Virus record (IMG/VR): IMGVR_UViG_3300045580_000103 | Coordinates: 1 to 26,034 of that record | DNA from: a virus | Lineage: Duplodnaviria > Caudoviricetes | Strand: one strand, 5' to 3' | DNA length: 26,034 nucleotides | In this document: piece by piece, positions 1 through 7,740 of the stretch | Layout: every line of letters starts with the position of its first letter | How positions within the stretch are numbered: the first letter of the stretch is position 1 | Program-made: the position numbers and the translations under genes | Notes under the pieces: model-generated | Databases searched by the model: none | Told to the model about the DNA's origin: nothing | The model's input: only the letters and a program-made list of their open reading frames with translations

Positions 1-39
1 CAATATAGGCAACCCCCCGTCAAGGGGACCCAAACCACC

Positions 40-69
40 TTGCACCTCCTCAAAAAATTGCGCTACACT
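40..69 (+). promoter_or_regulatory. Candidate sigma70-type promoter for the packaging operon
   Basis: TTGCAC (40-45), 18-nt spacer, TACACT (64-69), about 30 nt upstream of ATG 98. Confidence 0.45.
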
Positions 70-97
70 CCGCCCATCACCGTCCACCGGTTGCCAC

Positions 98-694
98 ATG
101 CACACACCCGAGATCGAGACCGACATCCCGTTGGCCGACTACCCCCCGACATTCGAGGACCTGCGGTCCCGGGTCGACGCTGCCTTTGCCGCGCTCACCA
201 CTCTGGGGTACGACGTCGAGGTCACCGATGCCGACATCACGGCAGCGCGGGAAGTGGCCACGGGCGCCAAGCGCCCCTCCGACATCCTGCTGTCCTCCCC
301 GGGCACAGTGGTGCACCTCAAGGCCATCCTGAGCGAGTACGACAAGGCCGTGGTCGAGTCCTCGGCCCAGATCCGCACCTACGTCACCAACAAGCTGATC
401 GTCGAGTCCACCAACCCCGACCCGCGCATCCGCATCAAGGCCCTGGAGATGCTGGGCAAGATCAGCGACGTCGGGCTGTTCACGGAGAAGACCGAGATCA
501 CCATGCGGCACCGGCCGACGGAGGAGCTCGAGCAGCTGCTGCGTGAGCGCCTGATGAAGACCATCGAGGCCGAACCGGTTGTGCGCCCCGCGTACGAAGA
601 CCCTGCGGCCCCCCACGCGCTGGACACCAGCCTGCTGGACACCCTTGGCCCCCTGGACGACGCAGACGATGGCCCTGCCAATCTCGCCAGCTGA
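98..694 (+). CDS. Putative terminase small subunit / conserved phage protein upstream of TerL
   Basis: 198 aa with strong GC3 codon bias, helical (DPRIRIKALEMLGKISDVGLF). It directly precedes and overlaps TerL. Function is inferred from position. Confidence 0.55.
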   Translation: MHTPEIETDIPLADYPPTFEDLRSRVDAAFAALTTLGYDVEVTDADITAAREVATGAKRPSDILLSSPGTVVHLKAILSEYDKAVVESSAQIRTYVTNKLIVESTNPDPRIRIKALEMLGKISDVGLFTEKTEITMRHRPTEELEQLLRERLMKTIEAEPVVRPAYEDPAAPHALDTSLLDTLGPLDDADDGPANLAS

Positions 695-3194
695 GATCGA
701 CGCGCTGCTCGCGCGCATGACCCCCGAGAAAATGGCCGAGACCCTGGCCATGCTGGAGGAGCTCGACACCCGCAAGCGGCTCGCCGCGGCGCGCGAGGAC
801 TTCCTGGCCTTCATCGCCCTGCTCGACAGCACCTACAAGTTCGGCACCCACCTCAAACGCCTGGGCCGGCTGCTGATGGACGTGGAGGCAGACACCAAAG
901 ACCGGGTTGCCGTGTCGATGGCCCCGCGTTTTGGTAAGTCCCAGATGATCTCGGTGCTCTACCCGGCGTGGTACCTGGGCCGGCACCCCGACCACAAGGT
1001 GATCGTGGCCTCGCACACTGCCGATCTGGCCGTGGACATGGCCCGAAAAGTGCGGAACCTGATGCAGACGGCCGAATACCGCAAGATTTTCCCCGATGTG
1101 AGCATCGCAGGCGACGCGAAAGCGGCCGGAAAGTGGAACACGAACAAGGGCGGCGAGTATTACGCCGTCGGCGTGGGCGGTGCCCTGGCCGGTCGTGGCG
1201 GTCACCTGATCATTGTGGACGATCCGCTGTCCGAACAGGACATCAAAAACGGCAATTTCGCCCAATTGGAAGTGGTTTACGAGTGGTTCCGCACCGGTTT
1301 GCGCACTCGTCTCATGCCCAACGGCAAAATCGTCGTTTTGCACACGCGCTGGCACATGCGCGACCTGATCGGGCGCCTTATCAAGGACGGCGCCCTCAAT
1401 TCGGACACTGATCAGTACGAAATGTTCGAATTTCCGGCCATTTTGGGCGAGGATTCGGACAATCCGAAGTCGCTGTGGCCCGAACAGTGGTCTCTGGAGT
1501 CCCTGCTGCGCACGAAAGCATCGATGCCGTTGTGGCAATGGAACGCACAGTACATGCAGAACCCCACTGCTGCCGAAAGTGCGATGATCAAGCGCGAGTG
1601 GATTCAGTGGTGGCCCCACGAAAACCCTCCAGACGTCGAATTTATCGTGCAGGGCTGGGACACGGCCCTGACCGCCAAGCAGCGCTCCGACTGGTCTGTG
1701 TGCCACACCTGGGGGGTGTGGACAACCGAGGAGGGGGAGACCCATGCGATCCTGCTGAACTCGGCCAAGGGCAAGTGGGAGTTCCCCGAGCTCAAACAGG
1801 CCGCGTTCGAGCAGTACAACATGTGGCAGCCCGACGCCCTGGTGATCGAGACCAAGGCCAGTGGCCAGCCGCTGGTCGACGAGCTGCGCCGCTCGGGGAT
1901 CTTCGTGACCGAGTTCAGCCCGGGCAAGGGCAACGACAAGGTCGCGCGGGTCAACTCGGTGGCCGACATGTTCAGCGCCGGGCATGTGTGGTTCCCCGAG
2001 ACCTCGTGGGCCCAGGCCACCGTCGAGGAGATCGTGAGCTTCCCGGTGGGCGAGCACGACGACGAGTGCCTCGTGGCGGGCACACGCATCACCATGGCAG
2101 ACGGCACCGAGCGGCCGATCGAGCAGGTGAAGGTAGGGGACTTCGTTGCAACCCCTTTTGGGCCCCGCGAGGTGACTTACGCGGCCTGCACGGGGGTACA
2201 CCCTGTCCGCACCGTGGCGGGGTTGACCGGTACTGAGAACCACCCGGTGGCCACCGCGAGAGGGTGGGTACCCTTGTGGCAGCTTACCCCGGAGGATGAT
2301 ATACTTACTGTATCTACAGTTAAGGAGTCATCATGGCTTTTCCCCGCATCCCAGGAATTCGCGTCGAGTCCGTCGTGTTCAACGGGTACAAATACAACCG
2401 GTACCCAGATTCCCCTAGCAAGCCCCATCGGGTGTATTTCACTCGAACGGGCGGGCAATCGCTGCATCGCGCCATATGGGAAGCGGCCCACGGGCCCGTA
2501 CCTCCTGGCTACCATGTCCATCACTTGGATGGAAACCCCGACAACAACACCCTCGACAACCTCGCCTGTGTGTCTAAGCAAGAGCACGCCGCGGAGCATG
2601 CCGACGCGCGCCGGGAGCTTGGGAGATCTCCTGCGCATCAAGAGCACCTACGACAGGTGCGCGAAGCCGCCGCACTGTGGCATAAGTCCGACGAGGGGCG
2701 GGCTTGGCACCGAGAGCACGCCAAGCGAACCCTCGACGCCGCCCGCGCCGCCCGTAAGCACTCCGTGCAACGCCCCTGCCGATGCACGGAGTGCGGAGGC
2801 ACGTTTCTTGCGCGCTCTCCCAAGGCCAAGCACTGCAGCCCAAAATGCCAGCAGGCGCGAAACGCCCGCGTTGCTAAGGCCGCATCCCTCGCCCAACGTA
2901 TTGGCTACACCTGCGCCCATTGCGGTGGCGTATTTACCGCCGCAACCACAGCGCAAAAATTCTGTGGGCCCCAGTGCAAAAACGCCTACGGAAACGCTAG
3001 AAAGCGCGCTCGTATACAACTTGAGCGTGGCGGAGGTTGAGTGCTACTTCGCCAATGGGGTTTTGGTACACAACTGTGACGCCATGACACTGTGCCTGCG
3101 CCGCGTCCGAACCGGCGGACTGTTGCGGCTCTCGACAGACCAGGAGGATAATGAGGCCTTCACGCGGTCGCGTCGCCGACGGGCCTATTATTGA
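669..3194 (+). CDS. terL: Terminase large subunit containing an intein
   Basis: Walker A-like MAPRFGKS, Walker B LIIVDDP, coupling motif LHTRWH, and nuclease motifs QGWDTA, IETKASG and HDDE|CD (split by the intein). ATG 669 (MALPISP) is preferred over the track start at 579, which lies deep in the upstream gene. Confidence 0.95.
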   Translation: MALPISPAEIDALLARMTPEKMAETLAMLEELDTRKRLAAAREDFLAFIALLDSTYKFGTHLKRLGRLLMDVEADTKDRVAVSMAPRFGKSQMISVLYPAWYLGRHPDHKVIVASHTADLAVDMARKVRNLMQTAEYRKIFPDVSIAGDAKAAGKWNTNKGGEYYAVGVGGALAGRGGHLIIVDDPLSEQDIKNGNFAQLEVVYEWFRTGLRTRLMPNGKIVVLHTRWHMRDLIGRLIKDGALNSDTDQYEMFEFPAILGEDSDNPKSLWPEQWSLESLLRTKASMPLWQWNAQYMQNPTAAESAMIKREWIQWWPHENPPDVEFIVQGWDTALTAKQRSDWSVCHTWGVWTTEEGETHAILLNSAKGKWEFPELKQAAFEQYNMWQPDALVIETKASGQPLVDELRRSGIFVTEFSPGKGNDKVARVNSVADMFSAGHVWFPETSWAQATVEEIVSFPVGEHDDECLVAGTRITMADGTERPIEQVKVGDFVATPFGPREVTYAACTGVHPVRTVAGLTGTENHPVATARGWVPLWQLTPEDDILTVSTVKESSWLFPASQEFASSPSCSTGTNTTGTQIPLASPIGCISLERAGNRCIAPYGKRPTGPYLLATMSITWMETPTTTPSTTSPVCLSKSTPRSMPTRAGSLGDLLRIKSTYDRCAKPPHCGISPTRGGLGTESTPSEPSTPPAPPVSTPCNAPADARSAEARFLRALPRPSTAAQNASRRETPALLRPHPSPNVLATPAPIAVAYLPPQPQRKNSVGPSAKTPTETLESALVYNLSVAEVECYFANGVLVHNCDAMTLCLRRVRTGGLLRLSTDQEDNEAFTRSRRRRAYY
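2297..2327 (+). promoter_or_regulatory. Candidate internal promoter (extended -10) and RBS for the nested HNH gene
   Basis: TGaTATACT at 2297-2305 lies in an AT-rich patch inside the intein coding sequence. AAGGAG at 2322-2327 is 5 nt before ATG 2333. Confidence 0.6.
2333..3040 (+). CDS. HNH homing endonuclease with two C-terminal Cys4 zinc-binding repeats, nested out of frame inside the intein
   Basis: HNH_3-type motif LHRAIWEAAHGPVPPGYHVHHLDGNPDNNTLDNL. Zinc repeats CTECGGTF...CSPKC and CAHCGGVF...CGPQC. It has a strong RBS and lies in a different frame from TerL. Confidence 0.92.
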   Translation: MAFPRIPGIRVESVVFNGYKYNRYPDSPSKPHRVYFTRTGGQSLHRAIWEAAHGPVPPGYHVHHLDGNPDNNTLDNLACVSKQEHAAEHADARRELGRSPAHQEHLRQVREAAALWHKSDEGRAWHREHAKRTLDAARAARKHSVQRPCRCTECGGTFLARSPKAKHCSPKCQQARNARVAKAASLAQRIGYTCAHCGGVFTAATTAQKFCGPQCKNAYGNARKRARIQLERGGG

Positions 3195-3204
3195 GGATTG
3201 ACCC

Positions 3205-5685
3205 ATGATTGACAAAAGCGTCTACTCCGCCCCCACCGGGCTCGCACCCGAGGGCGCCGAGCTCGAGATCGAGATCGTAAATCCAGACCTCGTCACGCTC
3301 GACGACGGCAGCGTGGAGATCACCCTGGAGCCGGGCGGGGAGGACGACGACTCGGAGGTCGGGTTCGACGCGAACCTTGCGGCGCACATCGACGAGGGGG
3401 TGCTCGCTGAGCTGGCCTCGGAGCTGGTCTCCCTGGTGGAGGCAGACATCAACAGCCGCAAGGACTGGGCCGACACCTACGTCAAGGGGCTGGAGGTGCT
3501 GGGTCTCAAGTACGAGGAGCGCACCGAGCCCTGGCAGGACGCCTGCGGCGTGTACTCCACCGTGCTGGCCGAGGCGGCGATCCGCTTCCAGGCCGAGACC
3601 ATGAGCGAGACGTTCCCGGCCGCCGGCCCGGTCAAGACCAAGATCCTGGGCAAAGAAACCCGCGAGAAGGTCGAGGCGGCCACCCGCGTGCGCGAGGACA
3701 TGAACTACCAGCTCACCGAGACCATGGTGGAGTACCGCCCGGAGCACGAGCGCATGCTCTACTCCCTGGGCCTCGCCGGTTCGGCGTTCAAGAAGGTCTA
3801 CGAGGACCCCACCATGGGCCGCCAGACCGCGGTGTACATCCCGGCCGAGGACGTCATCGTGCCCTACGGCGCGTCCAACATCGAGTCGGCCGAGCGCGTC
3901 ACCCACATCATGCGCAAGACCAAGAACGAGATGCTGCGCCTGCAGGCCAGCGGGTTCTACGTCGAGTGCGACCTGGGCGACCCCCTCACGTTCCACAGCG
4001 ACATCGAGAAGAAAAAGGCCGAAGAGGGCGGCTACTCGCTGACCGACGACGACCGCTACTGCGTCTACGAGATCCACGCCAACCTGATCATCGAAGGCCT
4101 GGACGAAGAGGACGAGGGAGCGCACCTGCCCAAGCCCTATGTGGTGACCATCGACCGCGGCACGAACACCGTGCTGGCCCTGCGCCGCAACTGGCATGAA
4201 GACGACGAGCTCATGGCCAAGCGCAACCACTTCGTGCACTACGTCTACGTGCCGGGGTTCGGGTTCTACGGCCTGGGCCTGATCCACATCATCGGTGGCT
4301 ACGCGCGCGCCGGCACAAGCCTGATCCGCCAGCTGGTCGACGCCGGCACGCTGAGCAACCTGCCCGGCGGCCTGAAGTCCCGTGGCATGCGGATCAAGGG
4401 CGACGACACCCCCATCTCCCCGGGCGAGTTCCGCGACGTGGACATCCCCTCGGGCACGGTGCGCGACAACATCATGCCCCTGCCGTACAAAGAGCCGAGC
4501 CAGACCCTGCTGGCCCTGCTCAACCAGATCACGGAAGAGGGTCGTCGCCTGGGCGCCATCAGCGACATGAACATCAGCGACATGTCGGCGCAGGCCCCGG
4601 TGGGCACCACCCTGGCCCTGCTGGAGCGCACGCTCAAGCCCATGGCCGCGGTCCAGGCGCGCGTGCACTACGCGATGAAGCTCGAGTTCAAGCTGCTCAA
4701 GGCGCTGATCGCGGCCAACGCCCCCGAGGCGTACGACTACGAGCCCGACGTGGGCCCGGCGCGCGCCCGGCGCGCGGACTACGAGATGGTCGAGGTCATC
4801 CCGGTCAGCGACCCCAACAGCTCGACCATGGCCCAGCGCGTGGTCCAGTACCAAGCGGTGATCCAGCTGTCGCAGACCGCGCCGCAGATTTACGACCTCC
4901 CGCAGCTGCACCGGCAGATGATCGAGGTGCTCGGCGTGAAGAACGCCGACAAACTCGTGCCCATCGACGACGACATGAAGCCGCGCGATCCGGTCTCGGA
5001 GAACATGGCGTTCCTCAACGGCAAGCCAACCAAGGCGTTCATCTACCAGGACCACGATGCCCACATCGCGGTGCACACCGCGCTGCTCCAGGACCCGCTG
5101 GTCATGGCGCAGGTCGGCCAGAACCCCCAGGCCCAGAAGATGATGGGCGAGATCATGGCCCACATCAGCGAGCACTTGGCGTTCGCCTACCGCCGCAAGA
5201 TCGAGGAGCAGCTGGGCGTGCCCCTGCCGCCGCCCGACGAGGAGCTGCCGGAGGAGGTCGAGGTCAACCTCTCGCGCATGGTGGCCCAGGCCGCGCAGCA
5301 GGTCCTGCAGCAGAGCAAAGGACAGGCCGCCCAGCAGCAGGCGCAGCAGGCGGCGCAGGACCCGATGGTCCAGATCCAGCAGGCCGAGCTGCAGCTCAAG
5401 CAAGCCGAGATCCAGCGCAAGCAGCAGAAGGACATGGCCGACGCCCAGCTCAAGGCCGCCAAGCTGGCCCTGGACCAGCGCAAACAGGTCGCCGACGAAG
5501 AGCTGCGCGAGCAGAGCAACGTGGTCGACGCGTACCGGGCGGGCGTCATGGGCCGCTCGGCCGACGCACAGCTGCTGCGCGAGGACCGCGAGTCCGCCAT
5601 GGAGGTCGCGCGCGCCCTCCAGGAGCGCAACACCAACAACGCCCTGGGCGAGTCCGGCCGACCCGACACAGGAGCTGCTGAATGA
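3205..5685 (+). CDS. Portal protein
   Basis: 826 aa directly after TerL, with GAGG upstream. It has a GFGFYGLGL motif and a Q-rich C-terminal coiled coil like P22-type barrel portals. Confidence 0.88.
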   Translation: MIDKSVYSAPTGLAPEGAELEIEIVNPDLVTLDDGSVEITLEPGGEDDDSEVGFDANLAAHIDEGVLAELASELVSLVEADINSRKDWADTYVKGLEVLGLKYEERTEPWQDACGVYSTVLAEAAIRFQAETMSETFPAAGPVKTKILGKETREKVEAATRVREDMNYQLTETMVEYRPEHERMLYSLGLAGSAFKKVYEDPTMGRQTAVYIPAEDVIVPYGASNIESAERVTHIMRKTKNEMLRLQASGFYVECDLGDPLTFHSDIEKKKAEEGGYSLTDDDRYCVYEIHANLIIEGLDEEDEGAHLPKPYVVTIDRGTNTVLALRRNWHEDDELMAKRNHFVHYVYVPGFGFYGLGLIHIIGGYARAGTSLIRQLVDAGTLSNLPGGLKSRGMRIKGDDTPISPGEFRDVDIPSGTVRDNIMPLPYKEPSQTLLALLNQITEEGRRLGAISDMNISDMSAQAPVGTTLALLERTLKPMAAVQARVHYAMKLEFKLLKALIAANAPEAYDYEPDVGPARARRADYEMVEVIPVSDPNSSTMAQRVVQYQAVIQLSQTAPQIYDLPQLHRQMIEVLGVKNADKLVPIDDDMKPRDPVSENMAFLNGKPTKAFIYQDHDAHIAVHTALLQDPLVMAQVGQNPQAQKMMGEIMAHISEHLAFAYRRKIEEQLGVPLPPPDEELPEEVEVNLSRMVAQAAQQVLQQSKGQAAQQQAQQAAQDPMVQIQQAELQLKQAEIQRKQQKDMADAQLKAAKLALDQRKQVADEELREQSNVVDAYRAGVMGRSADAQLLREDRESAMEVARALQERNTNNALGESGRPDTGAAE

Positions 5686-5873
5686 AGACGGTGCTCGACG
5701 TTTTGAATGATCGCATCCAGCAGCAGCTGGATGCTGCAACAACTACGCTGGTCGGCGGCGCGTCCGCCGATTTCGCAGCGTATAAAGAATTGTGCGGCCT
5801 GATTCGAGGTCTAAGGACTGCACAAATGGAACTGCAAGACCTCGCGAAAAATCTGAGAGAAAACGATGACTGA
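5682..5873 (+). CDS. Small conserved phage protein (63 aa)
   Basis: ATGA overlap with the portal stop. Helical-hairpin pattern YKELCGLIRGL, typical of the gene between portal and GroES. Confidence 0.7.
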   Translation: MKTVLDVLNDRIQQQLDAATTTLVGGASADFAAYKELCGLIRGLRTAQMELQDLAKNLRENDD

Positions 5874-6237
5874 AACCACCACGCCTATTTCCGACGACCA
5901 GTTCGAAGCCAAACTGCCCCAGCCTGTTGGCTACCGCGTCCTGATCGCCCTCCCGGCCATCGACGACACGTTCGCCTCTGGCCTGCTCAAAGCGGATGTC
6001 ACCAAGCACCAGGAGGCCATCCTGTCGATGGTCGGGTTGGTGTTGGACATGGGCGCCCAGGCGTATGCGGACAAGGACCGGTTCCCCACCGGCCCCTGGT
6101 GCAAGTTCGGCGACTACGTGATGTTCCGCTCGAACTCGGGCACGCGCTTCAAGTTCAACGGTGTGGAGTACCGCCTGCTGAATGACGACTCGATCGAGGC
6201 CGTCGTTGCGGACCCGCGCGCCATCAGCCGCGCATAA
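5866..6237 (+). CDS. groES: GroES/Cpn10-like co-chaperonin
   Basis: PQPVGYRVLI, mobile-loop-like ASGLL, GLVLDMG, GDYVMF and YRLLNDDSIEAVV match the Cpn10 pattern. Confidence 0.88.
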   Translation: MTETTTPISDDQFEAKLPQPVGYRVLIALPAIDDTFASGLLKADVTKHQEAILSMVGLVLDMGAQAYADKDRFPTGPWCKFGDYVMFRSNSGTRFKFNGVEYRLLNDDSIEAVVADPRAISRA

Positions 6238-6247
6238 GGAGACGCCC

Positions 6248-7282
6248 ATGTCCATGGAAAAGATGGAGTTCAAGTTCCCCAACCCGGACGCCCCGGGCGG
6301 GGAGGAGGCCGTGGTGGTTGAGGTGGAAGGCGCCGACGCAGGTGAGAAGCCCGCGGCCGAGGCTGCCCCGGCCGCCGCGCCGGCCGCCCGCGCAGACGCC
6401 GCTGACGACGCCGATGGCGATGACGTCAGCCTGGAGATCGTCGACGACACCCCCGAAGCGGACCGCGGCCGTACCCCGGCCGCCCCGCCGGAGGAGGTCA
6501 CCGACGACGAGCTGCAGCACTACTCGGAGAAGGCGCGCAACCGCATCAAGCACTTCACCCGCGGCTACCACGACGAGCGCCGCGCCAAGGAAGAGGCCAT
6601 CCGCCAGCGCGAGGAGGCGATCCGCGCCGCCCAGGTGCTCAAGGAAGAGGCCGATCGCGCACGCGAGGACGCCGCCAAAGCTCAGGAGGCGCTGGTCACC
6701 CAGGCCAAGCGCGCAGCTGAGCTTGAATTGGCGCAGCTCAAGGGCGAGTACACCCGCGCATACGAGGCCGGAGACCCGGCGGCTATTGCAGAAGTGCAAC
6801 AGAAGCTGACGGCTGCGACCATGCGAATGGAGCGGTTGGCCAACTTTAAGCCCGCACCTTTACAAGCGCCGAAATCTGAGGTACAAATACCCCAACCCGC
6901 CCCAGCGCCGGCTGTGGACCGCAAAGCGGAGGCTTGGAAACAGGCCAACACTTGGTTCGGCACCGATGAAGAGATGACCGCCTTCGCGCTGGGACTGCAC
7001 AACAAGTTGGTCGGCCAAGGGGTAGACCCCCAAAGCGATACCTACTACGCGCGAATCAACGCCCGTATGCGAGAAGTGTTCCCCTCGGCATTTGCCGAAA
7101 AACCAGCTGAGCCCGCGCCGCGCGCTAAACCCAGCGCCGTGGTGGCCCCCGCGACCCGAAGCACTGCCCCCAAAAAGATCGTGCTGACCCAGTCACAAGT
7201 GGCTATTGCCAAACGCTTGGGCGTTCCGCTGGAAGCCTACGCCAAACAGGTTGCAATCGAAATGAGGAAATCGAATGTCTGA
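6248..7282 (+). CDS. Putative capsid scaffolding protein
   Basis: RBS TAAGGAG (6235-6241) before ATG 6248. Acidic N-terminus, long coiled coil and C-terminal LTQSQVAIAKRLGVPLEAYAKQ helix-turn-helix, located upstream of the capsid genes. Confidence 0.75.
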   Translation: MSMEKMEFKFPNPDAPGGEEAVVVEVEGADAGEKPAAEAAPAAAPAARADAADDADGDDVSLEIVDDTPEADRGRTPAAPPEEVTDDELQHYSEKARNRIKHFTRGYHDERRAKEEAIRQREEAIRAAQVLKEEADRAREDAAKAQEALVTQAKRAAELELAQLKGEYTRAYEAGDPAAIAEVQQKLTAATMRMERLANFKPAPLQAPKSEVQIPQPAPAPAVDRKAEAWKQANTWFGTDEEMTAFALGLHNKLVGQGVDPQSDTYYARINARMREVFPSAFAEKPAEPAPRAKPSAVVAPATRSTAPKKIVLTQSQVAIAKRLGVPLEAYAKQVAIEMRKSNV

Positions 7283-7724
7283 AAACCGCACACCCCGCGA
7301 ACTGCAAACCCGAGATCGCACTGCCCGCAAGCGCGCATGGCAGCGGCCGGAACTTTTGCCGTCTCCCAACCCGGAGCCCGGCTATGAGTTCCGCTGGATT
7401 CGGCTCAGCACCATGGGCGAAGCGGACCCGACAAACGTTTCCGCCAAACTTCGCGAAGGCTGGGAGCCCGTCAAGGCTTCGGACCATCCCGAGGTGTTTG
7501 CCATGGAGGCGGACAATCCGCGCTTCAAGGACAACATCCTCGTCGGCGGTCTGATGCTCTGCAAAGCCCCCGTCGAAATGGTCCAGGAACGCAACGAGTA
7601 CTACCGCGAGCAAGCGGAAGCGCAGATGACGTCCGTGGACCACAACTTCATGCGCGAGAACGACGCCCGCATGCCGCTCTTCCGGGAGCGACAGACCAAG
7701 GTGACGTTCGGACGCGGTAATTAA
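7275..7724 (+). CDS. Conserved phage head-module protein, function unknown
   Basis: 149 aa with GAGG RBS, overlapping the scaffold stop. Motifs PGYEFRWIR and REGWEPV. Confidence 0.75.
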   Translation: MSENRTPRELQTRDRTARKRAWQRPELLPSPNPEPGYEFRWIRLSTMGEADPTNVSAKLREGWEPVKASDHPEVFAMEADNPRFKDNILVGGLMLCKAPVEMVQERNEYYREQAEAQMTSVDHNFMRENDARMPLFRERQTKVTFGRGN

Positions 7725-7740
7725 CCCAGAGGAGTTATCC

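Larger units (their letters stand above)
2067..3074 (+). mobile_element. Intein (336 aa) in the TerL nuclease domain
   Basis: Block A CLVAGTRITMADG starts at Cys codon 2067. Block B is LTGTENHPV (TxxH), block F is VYNLSVAEVECYFANG, and block G VLVHN ends at 3074, with Cys as the +1 residue. Excision restores FPVGEHDDE-CDAMT, the HDDxxD terminase nuclease motif. Confidence 0.95.

Noticed and set aside
968-2236. Alternative-frame + strand ORFs inside terL (968-1411, 1475-2236), and 9666-10508
   Set aside because: These are R/G/A-rich off-frame translations typical of GC-rich DNA. Unlike 2333-3040, they have no domain motifs or RBS.
2333-3040. Reading the HNH as an in-frame intein domain broken by sequencing frameshifts
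   Set aside because: This would need two compensating errors and would not explain a stop-free 230-codon second frame or the HNH's own RBS, ATG and stop. It is disfavoured, but only reads can exclude it.
3160-5742. 860-aa minus-strand ORF, and similar long antisense ORFs (498-2243, 8368-9144, 21106-22629, 24556-25554)
   Set aside because: These are antisense shadows of high-GC3 genes, with no motifs or RBS, and they fully overlap well-supported + strand genes.
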